Positions 10,811 to 19,808 of a DNA stretch of 37,996 bases are shown here, piece after piece. The stretch's first letter is position 1. Every line of letters starts with the position of its first letter. The notes below the pieces were generated by a model. It was not told where the DNA came from. It saw only the letters and a program-made list of their open reading frames with translations, and ran no database searches. The stretch lies in the IMG/VR virus record IMGVR_UViG_3300023260_000003, positions 1 through 37,996 of that record; one strand, given 5' to 3'. The DNA comes from a virus (Duplodnaviria > Caudoviricetes). The position numbers were made by a program, and so were the translations under genes.

Positions 10811-11430
10811 CGTGCGAAACTCTAAGAAACGGACTCGATTTAAAGTGTAGTAGTATTGTAAAAAATTACTATCAGCAAGTCGTTTTAGTGAATCGTGCCG
10901 ACGTATTAAACAAACAAATCCTAACCAGTACCGTATCTATTGATGATGTTTACGATTGCAGATATAAGGTTTTGTTTAATTTAAAACCTGATTTATCAGG
11001 GTTTTTGTTTTCAACTTCCCAAAATTCAGTGACAATTTTCGGAACGGTGGAAAAATCATTGGTAGAAGGAATACCGCAATACTCGCACGCAGTAACCATA
11101 AATGTATTGGGCGTAAATCAAACAGTTAAATGTACTTTAAAACAATTGGATTACGCGGACTATTTCTGCGCCTTACAGCTCTATGACGGCACCGTGGAAA
11201 TTTACGGTTTTGAGTATGGAATGACCACATCTAACTATACTTATGACCCGCAAAACTCGGGAGGCGGGGCAATTATAAAATTAATTTCGTTGCCCGATGC
11301 ATTGGAGGACGAACTTCCATTTATTTATGAAGGCGGGGCAAACGATTTTGATAATTTATTTCAAGATGTTGTGTTTGTGCCTCACGGGGATTTCAACGAT
11401 GATTTTAATAATGATTTTAATAATTATTAG
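10807..11430 (+). CDS. Virion structural protein, paralog 2
   Basis: Shares YYQQ.VL.N, QY.H, DGTVE.YGFE.G.TT, TYD.Q..GGG with 7778-8377; ends in DFNDDFNNDFNNY. Confidence 0.55.
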   Translation: MTCETLRNGLDLKCSSIVKNYYQQVVLVNRADVLNKQILTSTVSIDDVYDCRYKVLFNLKPDLSGFLFSTSQNSVTIFGTVEKSLVEGIPQYSHAVTINVLGVNQTVKCTLKQLDYADYFCALQLYDGTVEIYGFEYGMTTSNYTYDPQNSGGGAIIKLISLPDALEDELPFIYEGGANDFDNLFQDVVFVPHGDFNDDFNNDFNNY

Positions 11431-11432
11431 CA

Positions 11433-14396
11433 ATGGCAACTCCTACGTATGCAGAGGTAATTTCACAAATAAACACCTTTATTGTTACTAACCACAACAA
11501 TGAAATAACAGCCAACGTACTAAACCCTATTTTAGTTTTATTAACAGATTTTACAAACAATACTATTGGTGATTTAGAAACATTGACAACAGATGAAAAA
11601 GATACAATTGTCGATGCAATTAATTCATTAAAAAATAATTTAAATAACATAACTAACAACGGTGTTCAATTGTATAGCGGAATGGGAGACCCTAATGTTA
11701 CGCCTCCCCCAACTTATAAACCCGCTGATTTTTATTTACAAGTGGATTCCGATAGTTTGCCTGTCCAATTATGGCAATTTAACGCTTTTACTTGGGTTAC
11801 GGGTTCGGGTGGTTCTTCTATATCGTGGGGTTTTATCACTGGTAATATAGACGACCAACTGGATTTGAAACTGGAATTGGATGCAAGAGAACTAAAAGCA
11901 AACAAACAGAATTCTATGGTATTTGACGGTACAGGAATTAAATTTCCCACCGTTGATGCTGTGAACATACTTACAAATAATATATTTAGAGCTACTGTTG
12001 CCACTGGATTTTTAGATACAACGGATAGCTTTGTTTTATATCGTGTTGATGATAATACTCTAGGGGTAAACGCTTCACAATTTGGAATTGCTTTTAGTCA
12101 GTATTTCAAAACACTTCCTTATGTTCCCTCAAAAGGGATATTTCAACTAACAGCAAGAAATGTACCTTTATCAGCAATTGGTTTGACAGGAACGGGGACA
12201 GCTATTAAATTTGTTGGCTACAGAGCATCGGATGATGCAATTGTCTTTAGTGATACACAACTCATACAGTCGCCTTCTGTTTGTCAATTAGGGATTGTAT
12301 TAGTTAAATATTCGGGAGGGGTAACCAGTTTTATTGATGCCAATAGAACAACTATAACCATTCCTGATATTGCGGCATACAGCAATTTAGATACGGTTAC
12401 AACGGGAGTCAAAGCCACTACAAGCATAGCGGCTATTGCTGGGACATTAAGCCATAGTAATACGCTTGGAAAACTTGTTGGAATTTCAGTTGGTTGGGGA
12501 ACTAGCAACAACGATAGCAAAGTTATTCCGTTAAACAATCCGACACCATTTACAAGGTTGCACGTTGGTAATGCTTTAACCGTTGTTCCCCCTGCTACAT
12601 TTACAACTTTAGACCCAACGCAATATTGGAACGGAACGGCTTTAGTTGCCATTCCGGGCGGAGCTGGTGTTTCAAGTGTGCAAAGGTTATTATTTACTGT
12701 TAATGGTAATTTTGTTTGGCAATACGGGCAAGCCACATACCCCAATTTAGTTGCGGCCCAAAATAATATATTGCAGGCTGTTTTTACAAATATACTTCCC
12801 GAAGGCACGTTTGCAGAAGTAGGGCGAATGGCTATAACAAAAGGTTGTACAGATTTAAACAGTGCTAATGCTCAATACTATCCAACTGGCTCAGCTGGTG
12901 GCGGTGGAACTTCCCCTATTTCGCCTACAGCATGGGGATTTATAACAGGAAGCATTGACGACCAATTGGATTTAAAAGCTAGATTAGATTTAAAAGCGGA
13001 TGATGCCAATGTAATACATAAAACATTAAACGAAACTAAAACAGGGCAACTTATTGTTACCCCTGTAGATACTTCTATAAATTCAATTGTAGGCAATACA
13101 ACAGATGGAGCTGGTGTTTTTGGTAATTCTACTAATGGTTTTGGTGTTTTTGGGGTTGCATCAAATAATATTGGGGTTGCTGGACAGGGACAAACAGGGG
13201 TGCAAGGCTCTTCAATAGCAGGAACAGGGGTACAAGGCGTATCATCCGATGGTACGGGTGTTGAGGGGTTATCATCCACAGCAATAGCGGTTAGAGCCTC
13301 TTCAACAGAGGGATTGGCTTTGCTTGCCAATAGCGTATTAGGCGCACAAATTGCCAGTTTTCAAGCTAATAATGTAGAGGTAGCCTCAATAAATTCTTTA
13401 GGAAATTTTATTGGAAATAAATTTATAAAAGTCGGTGGAACTAATTTGCAGTATTTAATGGCAGACGGTAGCGTGTCTGCTGGCAATACTAATGTTGGAA
13501 CAGTTACAGCTGTGTCTGCTTTAGTTCTTGGAAGTTCGGGGCTAAATCCTTCATCCACGGTTGTAAACCCTACAACAGTTCCAACAATTAGCTTAAATAT
13601 TCCAATGGCCTCAACTTCTAACGTAACAATGGGCTTACTTAGTAATGCTGATTGGGTCACTTTCAATAATAAACAATCTGCAATAACAAACCCAGTTACA
13701 GGAACAGGAACAGCAAACTATTTATCTAAATGGACAGGGGTTAATACACAAGGAAATAGTAGGGTTTATGACAATGGATTAGATGTTGTTAATGTTTCCA
13801 ATACAATGGCATCCGCATCTTTTAGAGTTGATTCTCTTTATAATGGAGGTTTTCAAATTTACAATGCCAAAACAGATGATGTTGATGTTAGAAATTGGTC
13901 TTTAAGAAGTGATGCCGTTGTTTATGGGGATTTTTCTATAAAACAAAGTAATACTTTAGGTGGAAATCCCGATTCGGGAACTGTAAGATTTTATATTAAT
14001 CCTGCTGGTAATGTAAGTATTGGTACAGCAACCGCCACTGAAAAACTTCATGTATTAGGCAATATACTTGCCAGCGGAACAATAACACCTTCTGACATAA
14101 GATTGAAATCAAACATAAAACCAATCGCAAACGCCTTAGATTATATTTTAAAAATGAATCCTGTAAAATTTGACAAAAAATGGCAAATAGACGGAAAAAT
14201 AATGGACACCGATTTTGGTTTTGTTGCACAAGAATTAAAAGAAATATTCCCATTCGAAGAGATTGTAAAAACACCCAAAAAAGAAGGTGATTTATTGTCA
14301 GTAAAATATAATTCTATCATTGCAGTATTGACAAAGGGAATGCAAGAATTAAAAGCAGAGGTTGATTTTTTAAAACAAAAAATAAATCTGTTGTAA
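11433..14396 (+). CDS. Tail fibre/spike with C-terminal peptidase S74 intramolecular chaperone
   Basis: 987 aa, G/T/S-rich, GxGVxG repeats, SDIRLKSNIKPI...GFVAQEL...YNSIIAVLTKGMQEL. Confidence 0.85.
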   Translation: MATPTYAEVISQINTFIVTNHNNEITANVLNPILVLLTDFTNNTIGDLETLTTDEKDTIVDAINSLKNNLNNITNNGVQLYSGMGDPNVTPPPTYKPADFYLQVDSDSLPVQLWQFNAFTWVTGSGGSSISWGFITGNIDDQLDLKLELDARELKANKQNSMVFDGTGIKFPTVDAVNILTNNIFRATVATGFLDTTDSFVLYRVDDNTLGVNASQFGIAFSQYFKTLPYVPSKGIFQLTARNVPLSAIGLTGTGTAIKFVGYRASDDAIVFSDTQLIQSPSVCQLGIVLVKYSGGVTSFIDANRTTITIPDIAAYSNLDTVTTGVKATTSIAAIAGTLSHSNTLGKLVGISVGWGTSNNDSKVIPLNNPTPFTRLHVGNALTVVPPATFTTLDPTQYWNGTALVAIPGGAGVSSVQRLLFTVNGNFVWQYGQATYPNLVAAQNNILQAVFTNILPEGTFAEVGRMAITKGCTDLNSANAQYYPTGSAGGGGTSPISPTAWGFITGSIDDQLDLKARLDLKADDANVIHKTLNETKTGQLIVTPVDTSINSIVGNTTDGAGVFGNSTNGFGVFGVASNNIGVAGQGQTGVQGSSIAGTGVQGVSSDGTGVEGLSSTAIAVRASSTEGLALLANSVLGAQIASFQANNVEVASINSLGNFIGNKFIKVGGTNLQYLMADGSVSAGNTNVGTVTAVSALVLGSSGLNPSSTVVNPTTVPTISLNIPMASTSNVTMGLLSNADWVTFNNKQSAITNPVTGTGTANYLSKWTGVNTQGNSRVYDNGLDVVNVSNTMASASFRVDSLYNGGFQIYNAKTDDVDVRNWSLRSDAVVYGDFSIKQSNTLGGNPDSGTVRFYINPAGNVSIGTATATEKLHVLGNILASGTITPSDIRLKSNIKPIANALDYILKMNPVKFDKKWQIDGKIMDTDFGFVAQELKEIFPFEEIVKTPKKEGDLLSVKYNSIIAVLTKGMQELKAEVDFLKQKINLL
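11826..12990 (+). repeat. Two copies of an intragenic motif flanking a tail fibre module
   Basis: WGFITGNIDDQLDLKLELD starts at 11826; WGFITGSIDDQLDLKARLD starts at 12933. Confidence 0.8.
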
Positions 14397-14397
14397 G

Positions 14398-14562
14398 ATG
14401 AAAACTTTAAAAATAATAATACTCATTTTATTATTTATTTTTTTAATAAATGGGTGCCGAACCTTTATAAATTTTTCACCCTCCTTTAGTCCTAAAATGA
14501 TTGTCAACTCGAAACAAAAAGATACGATTGTCAAAAAAGACACAATCGAAATTAAGAAGTAA
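14398..14562 (+). CDS. 54-aa predicted lipoprotein (not in ORF track)
   Basis: Hand translation MKTLKIIILILLFIFLINGCRTF...; starts 1 nt after the fibre stop codon. Confidence 0.6.
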   Translation: MKTLKIIILILLFIFLINGCRTFINFSPSFSPKMIVNSKQKDTIVKKDTIEIKK

Positions 14563-14600
14563 TTTTTTCATACCTTTAAGTAACTTAAAAATTTGATATA

Positions 14601-14936
14601 ATGGAAGCGGAAAATTTAACCAAGTTTATAGATAATATTATTGAAGTGGCTTATCAATCTCGATGCTTTGCAAAAGAACACGTTCAACAAATTTTGGCAA
14701 CTGGTCATAAGATAAAACAAAAAATAGCCGAGGCCGAAAGATTGGAAACGGAAAATTTAGAACAAAAAACAAAACTTGAAGCTTTGGAAAACGAAAATAA
14801 ATTGTTGCGTGAAAAATTTAATGTTTCTGATTCCGATTTGCAAAACTTAAAAAACGAAAATATCATAAACGAAATCGATGTGAAGGATATTGAAGAGGTA
14901 TCGAACCACACGCCAAAAATAAAAAAGTTACATTAA
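14601..14936 (+). CDS. Coiled-coil hypothetical protein
   Basis: 111 aa, E/K-rich heptads, followed by a terminator. Confidence 0.6.
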   Translation: MEAENLTKFIDNIIEVAYQSRCFAKEHVQQILATGHKIKQKIAEAERLETENLEQKTKLEALENENKLLREKFNVSDSDLQNLKNENIINEIDVKDIEEVSNHTPKIKKLH

Positions 14937-14963
14937 ACTACTTTTCGTGAACTCTGCTTTTGG

Positions 14964-14993
14964 AAACCGCTATTTTATTTTAGCGGTTTTTTT
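14964..14993 (+). terminator. Intrinsic terminator
   Basis: AAACCGCTA-N8-TAGCGGTTT plus T run. Confidence 0.75.
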
Positions 14994-15059
14994 ATACAAC
15001 AAATATTCCAAAGGTATTTTTAAAAAACATACCCAGATGTACCCGAAAAAAATACCTCA

Positions 15060-15094
15060 AAAAAGGTTCGTTTTTGGGATAAACGAACCTTTTT
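15060..15094. other. Candidate tyrosine-recombinase core site (lox/dif-like)
   Basis: Perfect 14-bp inverted arms AAAAAGGTTCGTTT / AAACGAACCTTTTT around the asymmetric 7-bp spacer TTGGGAT. Confidence 0.5.
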
Positions 15095-15153
15095 CTGATT
15101 TTCAGCCAGTTAGCTATTATAAAATAAGGATAGTTTCTTTTTTGGGGAAATTG

Positions 15154-15183
15154 TTGTTATTACTGAACTTTTTTCTATATTTG
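15154..15183 (+). promoter_or_regulatory. Bacteroidota-type promoter for the recombinase operon
   Basis: TTG-N19-TATATTTG. Confidence 0.6.
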
Positions 15184-15200
15184 GTAAAAATTAATTATTT

Positions 15201-15761
15201 ATGAAACAAAATAGAACTTCCGATTATATCAATTATGACGAAGTAATGAAAACGGCTGGATTACTTTCAAAAAATCCAAAAACAGAATTATTTGCGCATT
15301 ATTTAATTATTGCAGTCAATACGGGTTTGCGATGTTCTGATATTTTACAATTGACTTGGGAAAAACTAAGAGAGCCTAAAGTTGAGATAGAGGAAAAGAA
15401 AACTAAGAAATATAAAAAGTTTTCCATTAATGAAGAAATCCACGAAATTATAAAACCAAATTTTAAAGGAAGCCCATTTTTAACAAATAGGGGAACGGTT
15501 ATTACTATTCAATATTTAAACCGTGCATTAAAAAAAATATTTGCCAATGAAATAAAAGCTGGTTTAAATATCAGTAGTCATACGTTCCGAAAATCATTTG
15601 GCAGAAAGGTATTCGAAAACCACGGAGAAAGCGATTATATTTTAATCAAGTTATCTAAAATTTTCAATCATTCTGACGTTGCCACAACCCGAACTTATTT
15701 AGGAATCACACAAGAAGAAATTGACGATATTTATTTAACAATAAACAGCAATCGAAAATGA
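15201..15761 (+). CDS. Short tyrosine recombinase (resolvase-like, catalytic domain only)
   Basis: TGLRCSD (R), EKKTKK (K), HTFRK (HxxR), FNHS (H), TRTYLG (Y); 186 aa. Confidence 0.9.
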   Translation: MKQNRTSDYINYDEVMKTAGLLSKNPKTELFAHYLIIAVNTGLRCSDILQLTWEKLREPKVEIEEKKTKKYKKFSINEEIHEIIKPNFKGSPFLTNRGTVITIQYLNRALKKIFANEIKAGLNISSHTFRKSFGRKVFENHGESDYILIKLSKIFNHSDVATTRTYLGITQEEIDDIYLTINSNRK

Positions 15762-16225
15762 TAGGATTAAAACTGGAATACGAAATTGATAATTTTTCGG
15801 GTTTGATTGAAATATCACATGAAAATTTACCAACTGGACAAAAAAAAGGAATTTACTTTTTTTACAATGAAAACAAAGAACTCCTTTATATTGGAAAAAT
15901 GCAAAGTTGCATTAGGCAACGTTTAATAAGCCATTTATTTAAAGAGTTTACAGGAATTGTGGAAGCAGAAAATTATGACAATAGATTAACTTTAGAAAAA
16001 AGAAAGCATTATAAATATTTTGCTTATTCTGAAATCCCTATTCAATTCATTGCAATGATGGAAATTTTTTTGATTAAGAAATTTAATCCTATTTTTAATT
16101 ATCAATTTAATAATGGAAATTACAAGCCCCCAAAAGTAGAGCCAACAAAATTAGAAATTTTTGAGCAAGAAAAAAGAAACGAGATTTATTCAACTCTAAT
16201 TTTAAACCCAAGCGGGAGGAATTGA
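15758..16225 (+). CDS. GIY-YIG nuclease family protein
   Basis: KGIYFFYN..ELLYIGK...IRQRL...E..LI...P.FN. Confidence 0.82.
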   Translation: MIGLKLEYEIDNFSGLIEISHENLPTGQKKGIYFFYNENKELLYIGKMQSCIRQRLISHLFKEFTGIVEAENYDNRLTLEKRKHYKYFAYSEIPIQFIAMMEIFLIKKFNPIFNYQFNNGNYKPPKVEPTKLEIFEQEKRNEIYSTLILNPSGRN

Positions 16226-16262
16226 ACGAACTATATTTAAACTTAAGCGGAAAAAGAAAAAA

Positions 16263-16466
16263 ATGAAAAACTTTAAAATACTAGAATCAGATAACGGATA
16301 TTTTTATATTGTAGAAAAAATAGAAAAAGATTTTTTTGAATACAGCTATTTCCAACATTGGTTAAAATTCCTTTTTGGAATAAGACAAAAATATTGGAGT
16401 AGGGATTATTATAATCAATTTAAAAGCTATAAAGATGCACTTGAATATATTAATGAAATGCTTTAG
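16263..16466 (+). CDS. Hypothetical protein
   Basis: ORF in operon with A-rich leader. Confidence 0.55.
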   Translation: MKNFKILESDNGYFYIVEKIEKDFFEYSYFQHWLKFLFGIRQKYWSRDYYNQFKSYKDALEYINEML

Positions 16467-16469
16467 TTT

Positions 16470-16691
16470 ATGAACCTATACACCGTTTACGAAAGCCCCA
16501 GCGATTACCCCGATAATTTCGTCGTTCGTCGCTGGGAAATCGTTGCACCCGATAACGTACCCGTCGCAATGAATGTTGTTATTATTGGCCAAAATTTGGA
16601 TATAATTAGAAAAGAATTGCGGGAAATGGGATTGTTTAGAATCCCGCGGGACGTAAGCGACGATAAAAAAATAATTGAAACTTGGCTGTAA
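16470..16691 (+). CDS. Hypothetical phage protein
   Basis: YESPSDYP..FVVRRW...IIETWL; tight packing. Confidence 0.6.
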   Translation: MNLYTVYESPSDYPDNFVVRRWEIVAPDNVPVAMNVVIIGQNLDIIRKELREMGLFRIPRDVSDDKKIIETWL

Positions 16692-16692
16692 T

Positions 16693-17022
16693 ATGGAAGT
16701 AACCGAACTAAGAATTGGAAATTTGGTCGAAATTAATAATAGGGTTATCGTAATAGATAACCGCATTTTTCACGCTGTAATTCACGGATTTAAAGGGTAC
16801 CAACCAAAACCAATTCCACTAACTAGAGAATGGATTTTAAAATTTGGGTTTGAAGAAACCGAATTTTGTTTTCGACTGGGTACTTTCTTTTTGACCAAAT
16901 CCAAGCAAGCCGAACGGTATTTATACCAAGCACACCAAAACCGCTTCGTCGTAATGCACGTACACCAGTTACAAAATTTATATTTCGCATTGTATGAAGA
17001 AGAACTAATCTTTAATAATTAG
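16693..17022 (+). CDS. Hypothetical phage protein (ELRIGN...PIPLT...VHQLQNLYF type)
   Basis: ATG at 16693 just after the upstream stop; motif recalled from Bacteroidota phages. Confidence 0.62.
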   Translation: MEVTELRIGNLVEINNRVIVIDNRIFHAVIHGFKGYQPKPIPLTREWILKFGFEETEFCFRLGTFFLTKSKQAERYLYQAHQNRFVVMHVHQLQNLYFALYEEELIFNN

Positions 17023-17025
17023 AAA

Positions 17026-17208
17026 ATGGCAAAGAAAATAAAATTAGAAATAACAGAACCCCAATTATTAGCTTTAATTGAAATTACAAATGAAGCATCG
17101 GCAATGCTTGGTTGTGGTGATCGTAACGATGATTGTGATAGGGCTAGATGGATAAGATTAATTGACCGAATGTTAAAAAACAACGGTTATAAAAGAACTT
17201 TTAATTGA
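17026..17208 (+). CDS. Hypothetical protein
   Basis: Packed ORF. Confidence 0.55.
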   Translation: MAKKIKLEITEPQLLALIEITNEASAMLGCGDRNDDCDRARWIRLIDRMLKNNGYKRTFN

Positions 17209-17209
17209 T

Positions 17210-17452
17210 ATGGCAGATCAAAGGATAAAATTGATACACGGAGGCACGGCCACGGTGGATGAAAATTGCCCGCAAGAAATTATAGACGTATTAAACGGAA
17301 TTTCGAAAACGGCTTTTGAAGGTTATGTTTTTGTAGAATCCGAACGGTTGCACCAAAAAGGCATAACGTGTTTGACTTGCGGAAAAACAAGCTATCACCC
17401 CGAAGACATAAAAAATCTATATTGCGGGTTCTGTAATAAATTTCATAAATAA
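17210..17452 (+). CDS. Small Zn-finger-like protein
   Basis: CLTC...YCGFC..FH. Confidence 0.6.
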   Translation: MADQRIKLIHGGTATVDENCPQEIIDVLNGISKTAFEGYVFVESERLHQKGITCLTCGKTSYHPEDIKNLYCGFCNKFHK

Positions 17453-17464
17453 ATTTAAAATAAT

Positions 17465-17650
17465 ATGGCATCATTAATAAATGGAAATAGAATGTTTTGC
17501 ACAAATTGTGGAGGCGAATTCATTTTAGTACTTCCAATACCTTTAACGGAGGTTGTTATAATAATGAGGTCTTTTACAAGGCTTCATAAATTCTGCTATA
17601 AAAATTTTCCTGATAAGCAAATACAAAAACACGAACCACCAATACATTAA
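17465..17650 (+). CDS. Small Cys/His protein
   Basis: CTNCG...HKFC. Confidence 0.5.
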   Translation: MASLINGNRMFCTNCGGEFILVLPIPLTEVVIIMRSFTRLHKFCYKNFPDKQIQKHEPPIH

Positions 17651-17652
17651 TC

Positions 17653-17862
17653 ATGGAAAAGAAAGTAGGAATCACTTGTGATAATTATAAGCTGGAAAAA
17701 TTTAAAGCCGAACTAACCAAAGCGGGATACACTAATTTTGAGGTTATCCAAAACAAAGGCAATCTTTCTGCAATCATAGTGAAATGCTATGAAAAGGATT
17801 TTATAATGATTGGCAGTATTTGTCAGGATGTGGAGGAACATTTTAGAGCTATGAAAAACTAA
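17653..17862 (+). CDS. Hypothetical protein
   Basis: Packed ORF. Confidence 0.55.
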   Translation: MEKKVGITCDNYKLEKFKAELTKAGYTNFEVIQNKGNLSAIIVKCYEKDFIMIGSICQDVEEHFRAMKN

Positions 17863-17877
17863 CCAATAAACCAAACT

Positions 17878-18690
17878 ATGAATATTGAAAAAGAAATGTT
17901 GCAATACTCGCTTAAATGTGAAAGTAAATCATTTGCAGAAAAAACAAAAATCCTTTACAATGCAAACATTAAAGCATTTTTAAAAAATTTTGAGCATAAA
18001 GAAAATCCCTCGTTGATAACATTGGATGAATTTAAAAATTATATTGAGGCGTGGCCAACAGCAACGACAAAACAAATTAAAATTAACTCTGTAAAATCGT
18101 TTTACAGTTTAATGGAAATTGGGTCTTTTGATTTTACTGGTTTTGAAAAACCAAAACAGGCAAAAGAAAAACCAAAGAGAATTGATTTAAATTTTTTACT
18201 AGAAGCTATCAGGGAAATCGACAACCGAAAACACAAGGCTGTTTTAGCCTTGGCTTTTGCCAGTGGAATGTGGATAAATGAAATTTTAGAACTGAAACTT
18301 TCGGATATTGATTTTGAAAATAAAAATATTTTAGTTCGCAATAGAGACGATAAAAAAAATAGAAATATTTTTTTACCTAATAATATTTCAGAAATATTAT
18401 TGCGTTACATTAAAAAATTTAATCCAAAGGAATATTTATTCAATGGACAGTATAATATTAAGTATAGTGCAAAATCAGCTCTTTGCATAGTTAAAAAGCA
18501 TATTGGAGAACAATACAATTTTCAATTGATTAGGAATACGTACATTTATTTTTTGATTGAGTCAGGAGTGCAAACAAATGATGTTTTAAAACATTTGGGA
18601 TTAGTTGGTAATTCCGCTCAAAAAAGATTAAATGTATTTAAAAAGTATAGCAAGATACCAACGCCAAAAAAAATAACAGCGTCAATTTAA
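17878..18690 (+). CDS. Tyrosine recombinase-fold protein with degenerate active site
   Basis: Integrase-like scaffold (KHKAVLAL, LKLSDID, PKEYLFNGQ) but SGMWINE, FQLIRNT and HLGL replace GLRxxE, HxLRH and LGH. Confidence 0.75.
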   Translation: MNIEKEMLQYSLKCESKSFAEKTKILYNANIKAFLKNFEHKENPSLITLDEFKNYIEAWPTATTKQIKINSVKSFYSLMEIGSFDFTGFEKPKQAKEKPKRIDLNFLLEAIREIDNRKHKAVLALAFASGMWINEILELKLSDIDFENKNILVRNRDDKKNRNIFLPNNISEILLRYIKKFNPKEYLFNGQYNIKYSAKSALCIVKKHIGEQYNFQLIRNTYIYFLIESGVQTNDVLKHLGLVGNSAQKRLNVFKKYSKIPTPKKITASI

Positions 18691-18840
18691 TAATAATCGA
18701 ACCACCAAGAGAAGGGAAAGTAATGTGTTTTTATTGCCGTGTATAAGCGGGTTACATTTGATTTTTGTTGTTTCAGAATGTGACAACCTAATAAAACAAC
18801 CGATATAAACATAGTAGCAATGAAATCCCGATGAGAGAAG

Positions 18841-18880
18841 GAAGCCACACCAAATAACAACGGTGTGGCTTCTGTTATTT
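18841..18880 (+). terminator. Strong hairpin, probable terminator
   Basis: GAAGCCACACC-N10-GGTGTGGCTTC followed by TGTTATTT. Confidence 0.55.
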
Positions 18881-18999
18881 ATACATAAAATGTTTTTTGT
18901 ATTGTTAATATGGTAAATGTTTTTTTTATGCTTTGAAAACATTGTATGCTTAAAAAATATTTGTAATATTGCGTGTATAGAAAATATTAAAAATATAAT

Positions 19000-19341
19000 A
19001 TGAAAGTATCATTAAAAAAAGCATTCAGTTTATTAGATGGTAGGCTATCAACCAAAATTGAAGATGTATATGAAATGTTGAATTTTATCTTTTCGGACAA
19101 CCTTTATACACACCAACTACCTACTGCAATGGATAAATTGAAAGAAATAAATCCTAAATGGTTTTCAGATGCGGTAAGTGTAATTGATGAAATTAAAGCA
19201 ATCGAAAACACAAATGATTTTGCACATCTTATGAAAACAATAGATTTTGGATATTCAAATTTCGAAATTGAATTAGAAACTATTGACGAAAAAATAGGCT
19301 TTTTAGCTGGACTAGAAAAATTTAAAACAAAAAACTATTAA
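19000..19341 (+). CDS. Hypothetical protein
   Basis: First gene of the par-containing operon; 113 aa. Confidence 0.6.
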   Translation: MKVSLKKAFSLLDGRLSTKIEDVYEMLNFIFSDNLYTHQLPTAMDKLKEINPKWFSDAVSVIDEIKAIENTNDFAHLMKTIDFGYSNFEIELETIDEKIGFLAGLEKFKTKNY

Positions 19342-19344
19342 ACA

Positions 19345-19590
19345 ATGGATGAAAAATTTAGCTTAGAATACCAATACAAACTTTATTTGAAACGGGTTGG
19401 CATTACCGAGGACATAATGCATCCCGAGCAAAAAATACAAACCAAACAAGCTTTTTACGGGGCTATTGGTCAACTGTTGATTTTACTACGGGATGATATG
19501 TATAATTGCACGGAATATGAAGCCGTGGAAATCATGCAATCAATGTTAAACGAGGTTACAGATTACTTTTTATTAAGAACCCAAAACTAA
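19345..19590 (+). CDS. Hypothetical protein
   Basis: Packed ORF, KQAFYGA motif. Confidence 0.6.
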   Translation: MDEKFSLEYQYKLYLKRVGITEDIMHPEQKIQTKQAFYGAIGQLLILLRDDMYNCTEYEAVEIMQSMLNEVTDYFLLRTQN

Positions 19591-19592
19591 AA

Positions 19593-19793
19593 ATGTGTGC
19601 AAAACTTGTAAAAACAATAATTCAAGAATATAAAAAAGGAGAAATTTATAATTTAGCTGATGGCGATATTAATCTACCAAAATATGATTATACCGTTTAT
19701 TTTGAAAATTCTGATGAAGAATTAGAGGGAGAATGGATGGCTATGGATAAATGCAAAAAAAGCTTTAAAGTAATTACTAAAATTTATGAATAA
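19593..19793 (+). CDS. Hypothetical protein
   Basis: Packed ORF. Confidence 0.5.
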   Translation: MCAKLVKTIIQEYKKGEIYNLADGDINLPKYDYTVYFENSDEELEGEWMAMDKCKKSFKVITKIYE

Positions 19794-19808
19794 ATAAAAA
19801 CTAAACCA

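Noticed and set aside
11732-14274. Minus-strand ORFs inside the tail fibre gene
   Set aside because: Shadow frames of G/T/S-rich codons
14947-15204. 85-aa plus-strand ORF
   Set aside because: Runs across a terminator, the palindromic site and a promoter; more likely non-coding
18682-18942. 86-aa minus-strand ORF
   Set aside because: Atypical composition; overlaps a hairpin and regulatory repeats
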